Positions 12,901 to 23,854 of a stretch of 64,000 nucleotides of DNA are shown here, piece after piece. Each line of letters begins with the position of its first letter. Position 1 is the first letter of the stretch. This stretch comes from Amoebophrya sp. A120. Lineage: Eukaryota; Protista; Dinoflagellata. Made by a program: the position numbers and the translations under genes. The DNA lies in assembly GCA_905178155.1 (NCBI GenBank), contig CAJINV010000006.1, positions 2,323,016-2,387,015 on the forward strand, in the 5' to 3' direction. Below the pieces are notes generated by a model that was given only the letters and a program-made list of their open reading frames with translations, did no database searches and was not told the DNA's origin.

Positions 12901-13522
12901 CGTCGCTCACAGAATCTGTCATGCTATGTCCTACATACCAGACCCGATGGGTCATGGAAAACCTGCATGACGAGTCTGGCCTTCTTCCAGACCCAGACAT
13001 TTTTGCATTTGATACGGTACGCCAGATTTCGTCGGCCTGGGTTGGGAAGGCGCAGGGAGGTGCTTGTTCCTCCTCAGAGGCTCCTTCGGCATTCTGATTC
13101 TCGTCGTGTTCATGGTCAGCATATCCCGCATTGTGATCATCCCTCGTCTCCGTGCGCTGCACGATCAGGTGTTTTTGTTTTTCCACCTGGATTTTGCTGA
13201 CAAAAGAATCTTTCCTCTCCTTTCCAGCACGAGAACTACGAGAGGACATCACTAGGCCGTAGCTGCTCTTCTGCGACGTAGTTGTGGCCCTCCTCCTGCT
13301 TGTTTCATCCACCTCGTCGTTCCCGCCCTTGTTTATTCGCCTCTCCGCCGCGACGGCGGCAAGCTGCGTCTTCCGGTAGCGGTCGACACGAAACGAGGGT
13401 CGCTTGCTCGCGTCGGCCACCGTCTGTACGGCGGCAACTGTGCTGGGACCTCCATTTCCCAGTGGGGAGGAGGTGACGATCGCAATTGCGGCGAGTCCCG
13501 TGGTGGAGATGCTGTTGCTCAT
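3935..13522 (-). CDS. Large secreted/type I membrane protein (~1699 aa): Cys-rich segments, GGAGA repeat, C-terminal TM; 16 introner introns + 1 GT-AG intron
   Basis: All 17 junctions translated by hand in frame, joining ORF-track pieces 12833, 12191, 10659, 9212, 8607, 7906, 6865, 6449, 5247 and 3935. Spliced CDS is 5100 nt. TM segment AIGCIAIPLVICLVVILLV. Confidence 0.85.
5021..5295. mobile_element. Introner family C (TIR TATCNCANGAAAAAACTG)
   Basis: TSD ctctc. Confidence 0.85.
5623..5841. mobile_element. Introner family D
   Basis: TSD tgctc. Confidence 0.9.
5934..6192. mobile_element. Introner family A (TIR TATCAAATGCAAAAATGTCTGGGTCTGGAA, ~260 bp)
   Basis: TSD tagaa/cagaa. Confidence 0.9.
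6353..6604 (-). other. Canonical GT-AG intron
   Basis: GAG|GTACTT...AAACAG|CCC, phase 0, joins EGRE to PTAEET in frame; no TIR or TSD. Confidence 0.8.
6896..7123. mobile_element. Introner family C, diverged
   Basis: TSD tgcga. Confidence 0.85.
7388..7647. mobile_element. Introner family A
   Basis: TSD cgctt/tgctt. Confidence 0.9.
7712..7945. mobile_element. Introner family E
   Basis: TSD gcatt. Confidence 0.9.
8235..8464. mobile_element. Introner family D
   Basis: TSD ggcaa. Confidence 0.9.
8522..8787. mobile_element. Introner family A
   Basis: TSD gagaa. Confidence 0.9.
9051..9356. mobile_element. Introner family A
   Basis: TSD gcgtt. Confidence 0.9.
9411..9675. repeat. 15-bp coding tandem repeat (GGAGA)n
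   Basis: About 17 copies of ccggcacccgcaccg inside an exon. Confidence 0.95.
9756..9964. mobile_element. Introner family C
   Basis: TSD ctgtc. Confidence 0.9.
10048..10375. mobile_element. Introner family G (TIR TATC..GGAAAAATCCCCCTCCCCATATCG, ~320 bp)
   Basis: TSD gctgc. Confidence 0.9.
10441..10705. mobile_element. Introner family A
   Basis: TSD gctgc. Confidence 0.9.
11338..11599. mobile_element. Introner family A
   Basis: TSD aggtg. Confidence 0.9.
11650..11931. mobile_element. Introner family F
   Basis: TSD catga. Confidence 0.9.
11992..12253. mobile_element. Introner family A
   Basis: TSD aatgg. Confidence 0.9.
12744..13014. mobile_element. Introner family A
   Basis: TSD cggtg/cggta. 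Confidence 0.9.
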
Positions 13523-14454
13523 CTTGTTTTTTCTTCAAAGGATGTTTTTGCGGGGATCGGTGTCGTGCCGGGAGGGGATTTCTGTTTCTCTAAAAACAAA
13601 AAGTAAAAGTCCGGTGGAAAATGAAACTCCCTCCGGAAGATGAGTTTTAGTACGGTGTGAAGGTGTAGCAGCCCAAGGGTTTTGGGTCTGCGTAAAAGTT
13701 CAATCAAGTATAGAAAGAATCAACTTCAAATTGCTATTGCTGGGTGGGTGTGTGGATTATCACGCCAAATAATCCTCACAAGCAAGAGGAAACTAACATC
13801 ATATCATAAGTCGGGGGCCTCAAGTTATGGGAAGGAGCTGCGATTGCTTCTCCTGTAGTGTTACATCGCGAATGAAGTCTTTACCCCAGCAACATGGCAC
13901 ACTTTCGCATAGTCTAAGTTTAACATTGCTCGCATGCGACTTTATTTTCTTTGCGCGATTACTCAACATGGACACCATCACAACAAGCGCGCCGTGTGTA
14001 CGACAAACAAGTAGAGGCAGGATTTTATATTCCAGGTTCGCAGGTGGACGAAAACGAAAACCACGAATAGCGGAAGGACGAAATAATTACAGCACAAGCA
14101 AACATAGTTATTTTAGCCTTGTTGTTACACCGAGTGTTGTTCAATTTGAATTTCACGAAACCGAACTACGCAACGCACAAAGAATAAAACGAGGTTCGTT
14201 TCGACGAAATGGCAACTGAAACTTTGCTATTGTTTCTTGGACGATAAAAACAGTAGAACTTGTCTGACAAGAACAGCATATCCGTACACAACAGCCGCCT
14301 CTTCTTGCTACAAATGAGCATCCTGAGTGAAATTGAAATTGCGCACGCTTTGGTTACCAGATCAAGAAACTGCTATGCATTTCATTTTCATTTCAGCCAC
14401 TGTACTCATAAATCGGAAAAAAACCAGGCTGCAACTCCTCCGTCACCCTTGTGC

Positions 14455-17400
14455 CTACCTTGCCTGGAGCTCTTTCACAGCTTGGTCGTAAAAAGTTGTC
14501 GCGTAGTCTTTTTTGACCCAGTACCGTTTACACTCCCACCACGCCCCTGCCGCCGCGTTGATGGGCCCAAAAGCGGTTATGAGCGACCGGGTATGCCGCG
14601 ACGAGATCGTGCACGGGTGTCCGTCCGCCATATCCTTCCGGATGCCAGGGCTGTTCTGTTGTACGGTCACGTGGATCTGCGTTACCGGCTCCAGCGTGCG
14701 CTCGGCTTATCCTGTGCAAAAGTATCGTACTCGTACTAATTGCGTTTATGCATTACAAAACGTTGTGATAAGGCAAATCCGCATTACAAAGTCAATTTGT
14801 AATGCTAAGTCAATTTGTAATGCAATCTATACTAGTACGATGCTTCTGCATTTCATACGGCGTACTCGAAGACAAACACATCCTCACGGCCCTCCATGTT
14901 CCCCGTTCCCCCGGTGAAGGACAAGGTCAAATGCGCGTCCTGATTGACGATAAACGTGTACCCCTGCGGTTTGATGTTGTGCTCGCACTTCTCCCAGCCG
15001 CGAACCGACCCCCAGGTCCCGTCTGGCGCGCTCGGCGCCCCGTGCCGCCAACAGCCGGGCGTCACGGCACCGCCGCTCCAGCCCTTGCCGTGGCCTATGA
15101 AGGGCACGTCGAACCATCGGTCATGGTTGTAGACTCTTAACATCCCGCGGTCTGGGCTGTGGATGCGCACGATCCGGAGCTCCAAGTCCCGGGGGCAGTA
15201 GTGGAGACCCTGAGAGGGGGCCGGCTGAGTCCTGCAACGGCTGGTGTCGAAAACCCGGGCCGCGTCGGTGGACATGAGGAACCTGTCGTGTAGCAAAACG
15301 AGCGAATCCGACCGCGCCCGGCCCCGCTCATGCTGTGACCAGAAGTTGATTTGCGGGGTTTGCCAGTCCGTACCCCCGTGGAAGGACGAAAGCCGGTAGT
15401 CGAAGTGGGAAGCACAGAGTCCCCCCGTGTCTTCGTCGTTATTCAAGTTGCAATGGTGGTTAAAGGACACAACCATGGCGGGGTTGTGATGCTCTTCTGC
15501 GGAAGTGTAAAATTTGTTGTTCACAAATTCCACGTGGCCGCTGCCTATCCTGTGCAAAAGTATCGTACTCGTATAAATGCAAATATTGCATTACAAATCT
15601 CGTACTCGTTCCCAAGGCAAATCTGCATTACAAATCTCATTTCTCATGCTGAGGAAATTTGTACTGTACTTATACGAGTACGATGCTTTTGCAATTCATA
15701 CTGCCCCCCGGTCCTTCCATCTGCTGGTTGTTCGCCATAAAAAGTATCAAATGTAAAAATGTCTGGGTCTGGAAGAATGCAACTTGTCATGCTAAATCTG
15801 AAGCATGCAAAAATCTGTGTTGCATGACTACCAAAAGTCGCCCAGTTTTGACCAAGTCGGGAGGCAGTTTCTCATGCAGGATAGGCATGAGAAAGATCGC
15901 ACAGAATCTGTCATGCTAGGTCCTGCATTCCAGACCTCATGGGTCATTGAAAAGCTGCATGACAAGTCGCGCATTCTTCCAGACCCAGACATTTTTACAT
16001 TTGATAAAAAGACAGTCCCGGCTATCCCAGAGAAAAAAGCTGCTAAGTACCGACGGCACATTTGCATTTCTGATGCAACTGCTAATGCAAAAAGAACAAA
16101 CACAAACAGGCAGTAAATAAAAATCTGTCATGGGCAGCAGGCCCGGATCGCCATGGTGCTTAGGCCTAAATTAGCTTGCTGGAAACAAGCGGATAGGATT
16201 TTCGAAACTACATGCGGAGGCAGGTTTTGGCAATCGATGAGAAGAACGGGCGGATAGGATTTTGAAAAAGGCAATGAGTAGACCGGGATGAAAGTGTGCC
16301 GCTTTGTTTATTTTCTGCGCAAGCGATTTGCCGTTCCGGGCCCGAGTCGCGGGTCGTTCACTTTTGCCGTTACAAATGTGGCAACTACATGCTAGCAGCT
16401 TTCTTCTCCGGGATCATACCGACAGAACGGCCCAGCTCCCTCCCCCCTTCGGTACGTTTTCCAGTAGAAGCCCTTCAAGTTCCCAAAAGCCACGTAATAT
16501 CCTGTGCAAAAGTATCGTACTAGTATAAATCGCAATACAAATTAGCTCAGCATTACAAACTTAAATTTGTAATGCTGATTTACCTTAACAACTAGATTTG
16601 TAATGCATAACTGCAATTAGTACGAGTGCGATACTTTTGCACTGCATACGTAGTTCTCGAACGTGATGTCCCCCATAGAGTAGGTTCCCGCCGCGAAGTC
16701 GTTGAAGGCTTCAAAGTATCAAATGTAAAAATGTCTGGGTCTGGAAGGTTCCGAGATTTGTAATGCAGTTTTTCCAAGCTCCACCAAGTCTGGAATGCCG
16801 GGTCTAGCATCACAGGATCTGCAGCCCCTTGGTGATGCCTGTTCTGCATGACAAATGCCCTCTCAGCATGGCCAGAAATGGGCACCTTTTGAGAGCCACG
16901 CAACACAGAGTTTTATGCGATTCACAACATGCATCACAAGTTCGAATCCTTGCAGACCCAGACATATTTGCAATCCATACAAAGTGGTTTTTCACCAAAA
17001 TGGGACTCGCGTTGTCCAACCCCTCCCGCGTAAAGGGGAGACACGAGCTATCGCATTCAAAAACATCCCGACCTCCCCATAGTTGTACTTATTATGCAAA
17101 TCTGCATGCTAAGAATGTTTGTCATGCGGAGCTCCATAGGAAGCATTTTCTTTTTGTGTTTCGGAATTTGTCATGCTCTAATCGGCATGGTATACTAGAT
17201 CTTCTATGCTGCTGAACTACCTCAAACAGTAGTACGCTCCGAGTCCAAATTTGTCATGCAAAACAGCCAAAGCTTGTGGATTTGTCTAGCCGACTCCCCA
17301 TCTTGACTCTGGGGTGCGTGGGGGCGTTTTTACATAGGATACGAGCCCCAGTCGGATACGAACCCGTTTCGGTCGGTGCGGACCTTTATGCATTGCAAAA

Positions 17401-20400
17401 GTATCGCACTTCTCGTATAAATGCATTACAAATTTCCTAAGGATGAGAAATAAAATTTGTAATGCAGAGTTGCCTTGCAAAGAAGATTTGTAATGCGAGA
17501 CTGGCATTTGTACGAGTACGATACTTTTGCACAAGATAACCTTGCGCGGCCAGTGGTTGTTGGTGCCGTACCAGCCGATATGGATTGCAAAAATGTCTGG
17601 GTCTGGAAGATTGCAACTTGTCATGCTAAATCCGAACCATGCAAAAGTCTGTGTTGCATGAGTGCCAAAAGCTGTCCACTTTCGACCAAGTTGGGAGGGA
17701 GTTTCTCATGCAGGGTAGGCATGGAAGAGACCTCACAGGCTCTGTCATGCTAGGTCCCGCATTCCAGACCTCGCGGGTCATGGAAAACCTGCATGACAAG
17801 TTCACACTCTTCCAGACCCAGACATTTTTGCGTTTCGTACCCGAATCCGTTGTTGTTGTGGAAACTGTTGTCTTCAAACCTCCCGTATCAAACGCAAATA
17901 TGTCATCTGGGTCGGGGAGATTGCAAGACTTGTCATGCTCTGATGATAGGACGAGAAAAAGATCTGTCATGCATATTGCGCTACTGCGCTATTTTTTTGT
18001 ATTATGCAAAAACGCTGTTTCCCATGCAGTATACGCAAGACCTAGTCGCTCAGAAACTTGTCATGCGCGTCCCCATGTTGGAGGTCGCTCACGATTCGCA
18101 AACTAGCATCACAAGTTTCCAGACCCAGACATATTTGCAGTGGATATCCCGTAGGGCAGATTCTGCTGGCAAATCCGGCCGGCCGCGGCTTCGATTCCGC
18201 GCCCGCCGTGGCCCCCCTGGTCGTTCACGTAAAAGGCGTTTTATGCTGTGCAAAAGCATCGTACTCGTAGTAATCGCAGTCATGCATTACAGATCTCCTT
18301 CTTAAACTAAATCCACATTACAAATTCCATTTTTCATGCTGAGGGAATTTGTCATGCGATTTCTACTAGTACGATACTTTTGCAATGCATACGTTCTCGT
18401 GGCCGACAATGTGGTTGTTGATAATGTCGTTCGTGGGGCTTAGCAGGTACAGGGCCGACTGCTCTTTAAAATCCGAGTCGACGTTTTCCTTCACGTTCGC
18501 GGAATTTTCAAATCTGCAGTTCGCTCTTTTCAGGCAAACGAGGAAATTATTGGACAAAACGTTGTTTTTCTCGTTCCCATCCTCCACATACAGGCTCACG
18601 CCCCGCACATTCACGACAACATTCTGATCGACCAGGGCGTTTTGCGTTCCGTGCACCGTGATCCCCTTGGCCGTGCCGTCCTCGACCACGTTCCCCACAA
18701 ACCGGCAATTCTCCTGCCGCGCACAAAAGCCGACTTGGTGCAGGTGCAAGCAGTAGCTACCCCGGTACCGCCTCCCGCAGTTTTCGATTCTCGTGTGCAA
18801 AATTTCCATCGCGCCAGGCTCTCCACTCCAACCCGTCATCTGCATCGTCGTGATTCCCTGCGACCCCTTTTCCGGGTCGTGGTTGAGATACGGGTAAAAC
18901 GGCCCCGTGATGACGATCCCCCGCGATAGGTTCCCCACTTCGGCTTGCAAGGGGATCAGATCGCGGATCCACTTGCCCCGCTATCCCACGAAAAAAGTGC
19001 TTCACTGTAAGGATTTTGCAGGTTTTGCATCACAAGTTTGCTTCACATGACAGAGAAGGAGCTTTGCCATGCGAGGTTCCTAAGCGAAAACCCAGCTAAA
19101 AATCGACTGTCTTGCATGTTGAGCATGCGTAAGTAGCAAGACAAGCACTTCTAAGATTGCACTTTCTGCATTACAGGTTTACAGTGAAACAGTTTTTTTC
19201 CTGCGATACCCGCCGCATCCGGTGTAACCCCCAGTCCGTCTCGATTTTGCAATAGTTTCTCGAGTATCAAATGCAAAAAAGTGGCTGGGTCTGGAAGGAT
19301 GCGAACTTGTGATGCATACTTGGATCACACAAAAATCTGTCATGCTTAGACAGGAAAGGGAGCTCCTTTTCCTGTCGCCGAAAGAAGGTGTTTGTCATGC
19401 GGATTGAGCATTGGGAAACCGTCTGCAAACCTGTGACGCGAGGCCTCGCATGGCACACCTTCCATGTCAAGCAGACACAGCATCACAAACCTCAGCAATC
19501 TTCCAGACCCAGACATATTTGCATTTGATATCGAGCACTGGGGCGTCGCATCCGTCCCCCGGCCCTTTTGGCTCCAGCAAATTTCCGGCCCGTTGTAAAT
19601 CCGGTCGACTTATCGAATGCAAAAATGTCTGGGTCTGGAAGAATGCAAGTTTGTCATGCTTGTCTGGCATGACTCGAGAATCTGTCCTGCATAGGCACGA
19701 AAGAGCCCTCTTAACTGTCAACATGCGAGAAGGCAGTCTGCCACGCGGAATACGTCTGACATGGCAGCCACATCAAAATTTGTCATGCATAGCTGCGTAT
19801 TGCGGCGCATCTATCAACATTCACTTAGACTTATATTTATAGCATTACAAGTTTCTAGACCCAGACACTTTTGCATTTCATACGACTTTGGTGAGCTGCT
19901 TTTTCTCGCTCTCCGAGTCCTCGGGCGCTTCCCGCCCACTCGTGCCCAAGTGCTCCCCGCCGGTGGCGGCGACGACAATGGAGTCCCCCACCTGCCAATT
20001 GTCGCACGCCAAAACCGTCATGGTTTTCGCCCATTGTATCAACTGTAAAAATGTGTGGGTCTGGAAGAATGTATGTTTGTCATGCTTGTCTGGCATGACT
20101 CTTAAGTCTGTCATGCACCTTGCCCAAGAGCTCCATTTTTCTGTGATGCAGAAACGCAGTCTGTCATGCAGAATAGGCAACACCTAGAAGCTCAGAAACT
20201 TGTCATGCTGAGCCAGCACTTGTGGCCTCATCATGAGACGCCACCCAGCATCACAAGTTTCCAGACCCAGACATTTTTACATTTGGTACATTGCGGGCTG
20301 TCCTCGATCAGGAGCGACCAGGAAGTTTTCGGTCGTCCATACAAGCGAACAATCCCCCCTTCTGACATCAGCTCCCCTATCAAATGCAAAAGTATCTGGG

Positions 20401-23400
20401 TCTGGAAGAATCCGAACTTGTGATGCTGCATTTGGATTCCAAAAAAATCTGTATTGCATAAGCAGCAAAGGGAGTGCAATTTTGGCTACGCGGAGAGGGC
20501 ATTTGCCATGCGGAATAGGCATCGCAGAGCCCTCAAAAAGTCTGTGATGCTAGGGCATGCATCACAGACATCATGGCCCATGCAAAACGTGCATGACAAG
20601 TCTCAGAATCTTCCAGACCCAGACATTTTTACATTTGATATCTCCACTTTGGAGGCAATTGTCTGGACGGGGGTGGGGGTCGAACCCGCAGAAATCGTGG
20701 TGCAGAATGATTCTCACGTTCTCCACACCGAGTACTGGATTCTTGTCCACACCGGCAACGAACTTCCCGCTGCTGGACACGTGGATTCTTCTCGCCTCGA
20801 TTTGCGTGTTGGACACGAGTTCCAAATAACCGTCGACGGTGATGAAACTGCTATGACACTGCACGACTCCCCATTCCCCTCATTTGTCATGTGAAATACC
20901 AAATCCAGGCTGTGCCTCTTGGCACTGCTTGCATGACAAACAAATCCGGAAGCCCAAACAGTACTACACTCGTCCTGGGCAACTTTGTCATGCAAAACCG
21001 GCATTCTTGCTGACGCTTGTATTGCCGTAGTTCATGCCATACAAATGAGGGGGAGGGGGAGTGGTGTACTCCCATAACTGCCCGCACAGCGCGTGAAGAC
21101 GTCCCCGGACTGGAAAATCACGCACTCGTCGCGGGCGATCCGTATCAACTGCAAATATCGATCTGGGTCTGTGTAATTATTGCGAGATTTGTCATGCTAG
21201 TCTAGCATGTCTCTGAACTTTGTATTGCGCGGCCGCAAAGCGCTTCTGTTCTTGCCTGTCATGCAAAAACGCAGTTTCTCATGCGGGGTACGCAAATCAG
21301 AATCACGGAAAAACTTGTCATGCTTGGCAGCGCATCAGAGTGTGCTCACTATTTGTTCCTTTCTTGCATCACAAGTTTCCAGACCCAGACATATTTGCAG
21401 TGGATAACCCGACAAGTGTGCCAATTCCCCGCACTGTAAATCATCCTTGCGCAGTTCCGTTTCAGCTCGTTATCAACCACGACCTCGGGCTCGGGGGCGG
21501 CAGTGGTTATTATAGTTGGGCGACTGGTGGTCGTAGCAACGACTACAGGTATAATCGTTGGGTTCCTCGTCTCAGTGGTCGAGCCAGTGTCTATAATAGT
21601 TGGGGTATCAAATGCAAAAATGTCTGGGTCTGGAAGGATTGGAACTTGTCATGCGATTTCTGGAACAGGCAAAAATTTGTGTTGCATAAGCACCAAAAAC
21701 TTCCCATTTCTTGCTACGAGGCCTGTGCAAAACCTGTAATGCTTTTGCGTGCATTAGAGACCAGTTGCGTGATCCAGCAGATACATGACAAACTCCTGCA
21801 ATCTTCCAGACCCAGACATTTTTGCATTCGATATGGGGTTCTCGTCGTGGTGCTTGGACGTACTTGTGGCAATTTTCCTGGGGGGGCGCGAGTCGTGGTT
21901 CTTGGGGTCGTGGTGACCACGAGAGGATTTGCGGTATTGACAGTAGTCCCCGTCGTCGTGTCTTTCAGTAGATTCTGTCCGGGACTCGTGGTGGTCTCTG
22001 GAATATGCAACTGTGAGGATCGAAATTGACAAAATCGAAAAGTTTGTCATGCATCAAATGCACGACGCGAAATACGTGTGTTGCAGAGCAGGCAAGTGAG
22101 GCCGATTGTAAGCCTGTTTGGGGTTATAGCTCGCGCTGCTAAAGCAGCATGAGAGAATCAGCCTTCTTTGCCTAAACAGCATTACAAACTGGATTTGCAC
22201 ACCACCAGAATTTGTCATGCGCCACTTAGAAACTGAGTTCGAACTGGAATCCATTTTATGCATGGCAAATCATTTTGATTTTGTCAATTTCGATTCTGAC
22301 ACTTCCATACGGAACTGGGTATTCGTATTGTCCTTGCCCGGCACTGCCTTCTACTTCTTCGCCGCTTGCACCAGGAAGATGCTGATTTGCAGTTGCACCA
22401 ATCGCGTTGGCCTCTCCTCCGGTGGCCGGTAGTTGTTCTTGTACGCGCGTGTTTCTACTTTCCTCCTCCCCCCCGTAGCAAAACGCGCAGGCCTGCGCCT
22501 CTCCCGGCTCACGAGGACGCGGCATGGTGACCAATTTGTCACTCTTAGACGGCTCCCGGTACAGTTCCCCCGTGGTTCTCATTTGTTCAGGCATGTTATT
22601 ATCGCCCGACGGCGGTGGTCGTGTGACGCCATCTACATAACGACTCGCAGGTACTAGTACGGCTGCACCAGATCGTCCCGCTGCGCGTCCTCCTAGGTAG
22701 GCTTTTGCGTGATGCGCTGCTGGATTAGGATTTTTGGTACTCTCGTTTACGATTTCTTGTTGACCACGCCCAAGACCTGCTACCTCCTCGCGCACTCCTG
22801 CAACTTCTGAACTAGGACTCGGAAGAGCCACTTTATCATCATCAATCTTCACGACCTCCGGAAAGAATTGGCTACTTCCATGATCTCGTCGGGGACTCAA
22901 AATCATTATCTCTTCGTACCACGCACTTCTCTGTGCAAGTGGAAACGCGACACACGAGAATTCCCGCATGGAGCACTGAAACTTCGTGCACATATTCTGC
23001 ATCTGCTGTGGTTCTGGCGTTTCGCCCACGTGGTCCGGTAGAAGTTCTTGAGGCACCAGCCCCAGCGGCTCTGACGAGGGGACCAACGATGTTGATCCGT
23101 GTGCTGGCCTTTTCATCCGCCCTCTGATTGCGCACTTTTCGAGACAGGCTTTGCACGAAGATTCTTTTGCAATTTCATCCTCGAGACTGTGCATCCTGTC
23201 CTTTTCCATCGGAGACAAAAAAGGACCGGCGATCGTGGTCGTGGCCATGGGTTGCACTTTTTTTTCGGTTGCGTCTGCAATAGTCGAGGGCAGCTGCACA
23301 GGGCGGGCCGTACGAAAGTATTCGGAATTTGTTCTTCCGGTCGTCGTGTCTTGTTCTCCTGATGTAATCGAAAAGACATCGACGTCGTCTTTGCTCCTGG

Positions 23401-23854
23401 GGCCGTAGTCCACCAACAACCGGGGCTTGTTCTCTACAACTTCTACCTGCGCAAAGGATCCTGGTCCGTCTCCTTGACCTTGTCCTTCCAGACCCGATAA
23501 TTTCTGTGCCGCATGTAGTTTATGGTTTTCTTGATGTTCCCCGCCCCGCTGGTGCGTTTGTTTGTGCAGAAACGTCGACGTGCTCGATGTGTAGTGGCTT
23601 TGACTTCTTTCCCGACCCCGGTCAAATACACCAGGAGTGGCCTCTTTACGAGGATCAACAGCTTCGTCACCTTTTGTTCTGCGAGCAGGAGTCGAACCTG
23701 CTGTATTAACTAATGTCCTAACATTTTTCTTCTTGCTTATTGTTTTCAACGGCCGCTGCACTAGCGTTAGAGCCACGGGAAAACAAGAGGAGAGGGAGTC
23801 CAAATAAAGACACCAGAAAGAAATTATGCGAAACCAAAAGCAAAGAGCATTCAT
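14455..23854 (-). CDS. Secreted G8-domain / parallel beta-helix protein (fibrocystin-L/PKHD1L1/TMEM2-like) with Thr-rich linker, ~1500 aa; 20 introner introns
   Basis: Hydrophobic N-terminus. Motifs IEARRIHVSSSGKFVAG, WQVGDSIVVAAT, AEVGNLSRGIVITG, YCLHLH, ITVHGT, LYVEDGNE, LLSPTNDIINNHIVG. Spliced length 4503 nt (divisible by 3). The 3' end could extend via an intron. Confidence 0.85.
14708..14857. mobile_element. Introner family B
   Basis: TSD cggct/cggcg. Confidence 0.9.
15546..15700. mobile_element. Introner family B
   Basis: TSD ctgcc. Confidence 0.9.
15745..16006. mobile_element. Introner family A
   Basis: TSD aaaag. Confidence 0.9.
16023..16418. mobile_element. Introner family I (singleton, TIR TATCCCAGAGAAAAAAGCTGCTA)
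   Basis: TSD ccggc/ccgac; frame restored. Confidence 0.8.
16498..16648. mobile_element. Introner family B
   Basis: TSD cgtaa/cgtag. Confidence 0.9.
16717..16979. mobile_element. Introner family A
   Basis: TSD caaag. Confidence 0.9.
17049..17341. mobile_element. Introner family F
   Basis: TSD cgagc. Confidence 0.9.
17387..17538. mobile_element. Introner family B
   Basis: TSD acctt. Confidence 0.9.
17579..17839. mobile_element. Introner family A
   Basis: TSD gccga/cccga. Confidence 0.9.
17886..18146. mobile_element. Introner family A
   Basis: TSD tcccg. Confidence 0.9.
18242..18391. mobile_element. Introner family B
   Basis: TSD cgttt/cgttc. Confidence 0.9.
18982..19208. mobile_element. 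Introner family C
   Basis: TSD cccgc. Confidence 0.9.
19265..19530. mobile_element. Introner family A
   Basis: TSD tcgag. Confidence 0.9.
19611..19882. mobile_element. Introner family A
   Basis: TSD cgact. Confidence 0.9.
20037..20288. mobile_element. Introner family A
   Basis: TSD cattg. Confidence 0.9.
20378..20640. mobile_element. Introner family A
   Basis: TSD tcccc/tctcc. Confidence 0.9.
20852..21076. mobile_element. Introner family D
   Basis: TSD actgc. Confidence 0.9.
21143..21406. mobile_element. Introner family A
   Basis: TSD atccg/acccg. Confidence 0.9.
21606..21833. mobile_element. Introner family A
   Basis: TSD tgggg. Confidence 0.9.
22004..22309. mobile_element. Introner family J (singleton, TIR TATG..GTNAGNATCGAAATTGACAAAATC)
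   Basis: TSD tggaa/cggaa; restores PVP-ETTT. Confidence 0.85.

Noticed and set aside
15546-21833. CRISPR-like array (about 30-bp repeats with unique spacers)
   Set aside because: The repeats are inverted pairs bounding elements, the 'spacers' are in-frame exons, there are no cas genes and the context is eukaryotic.
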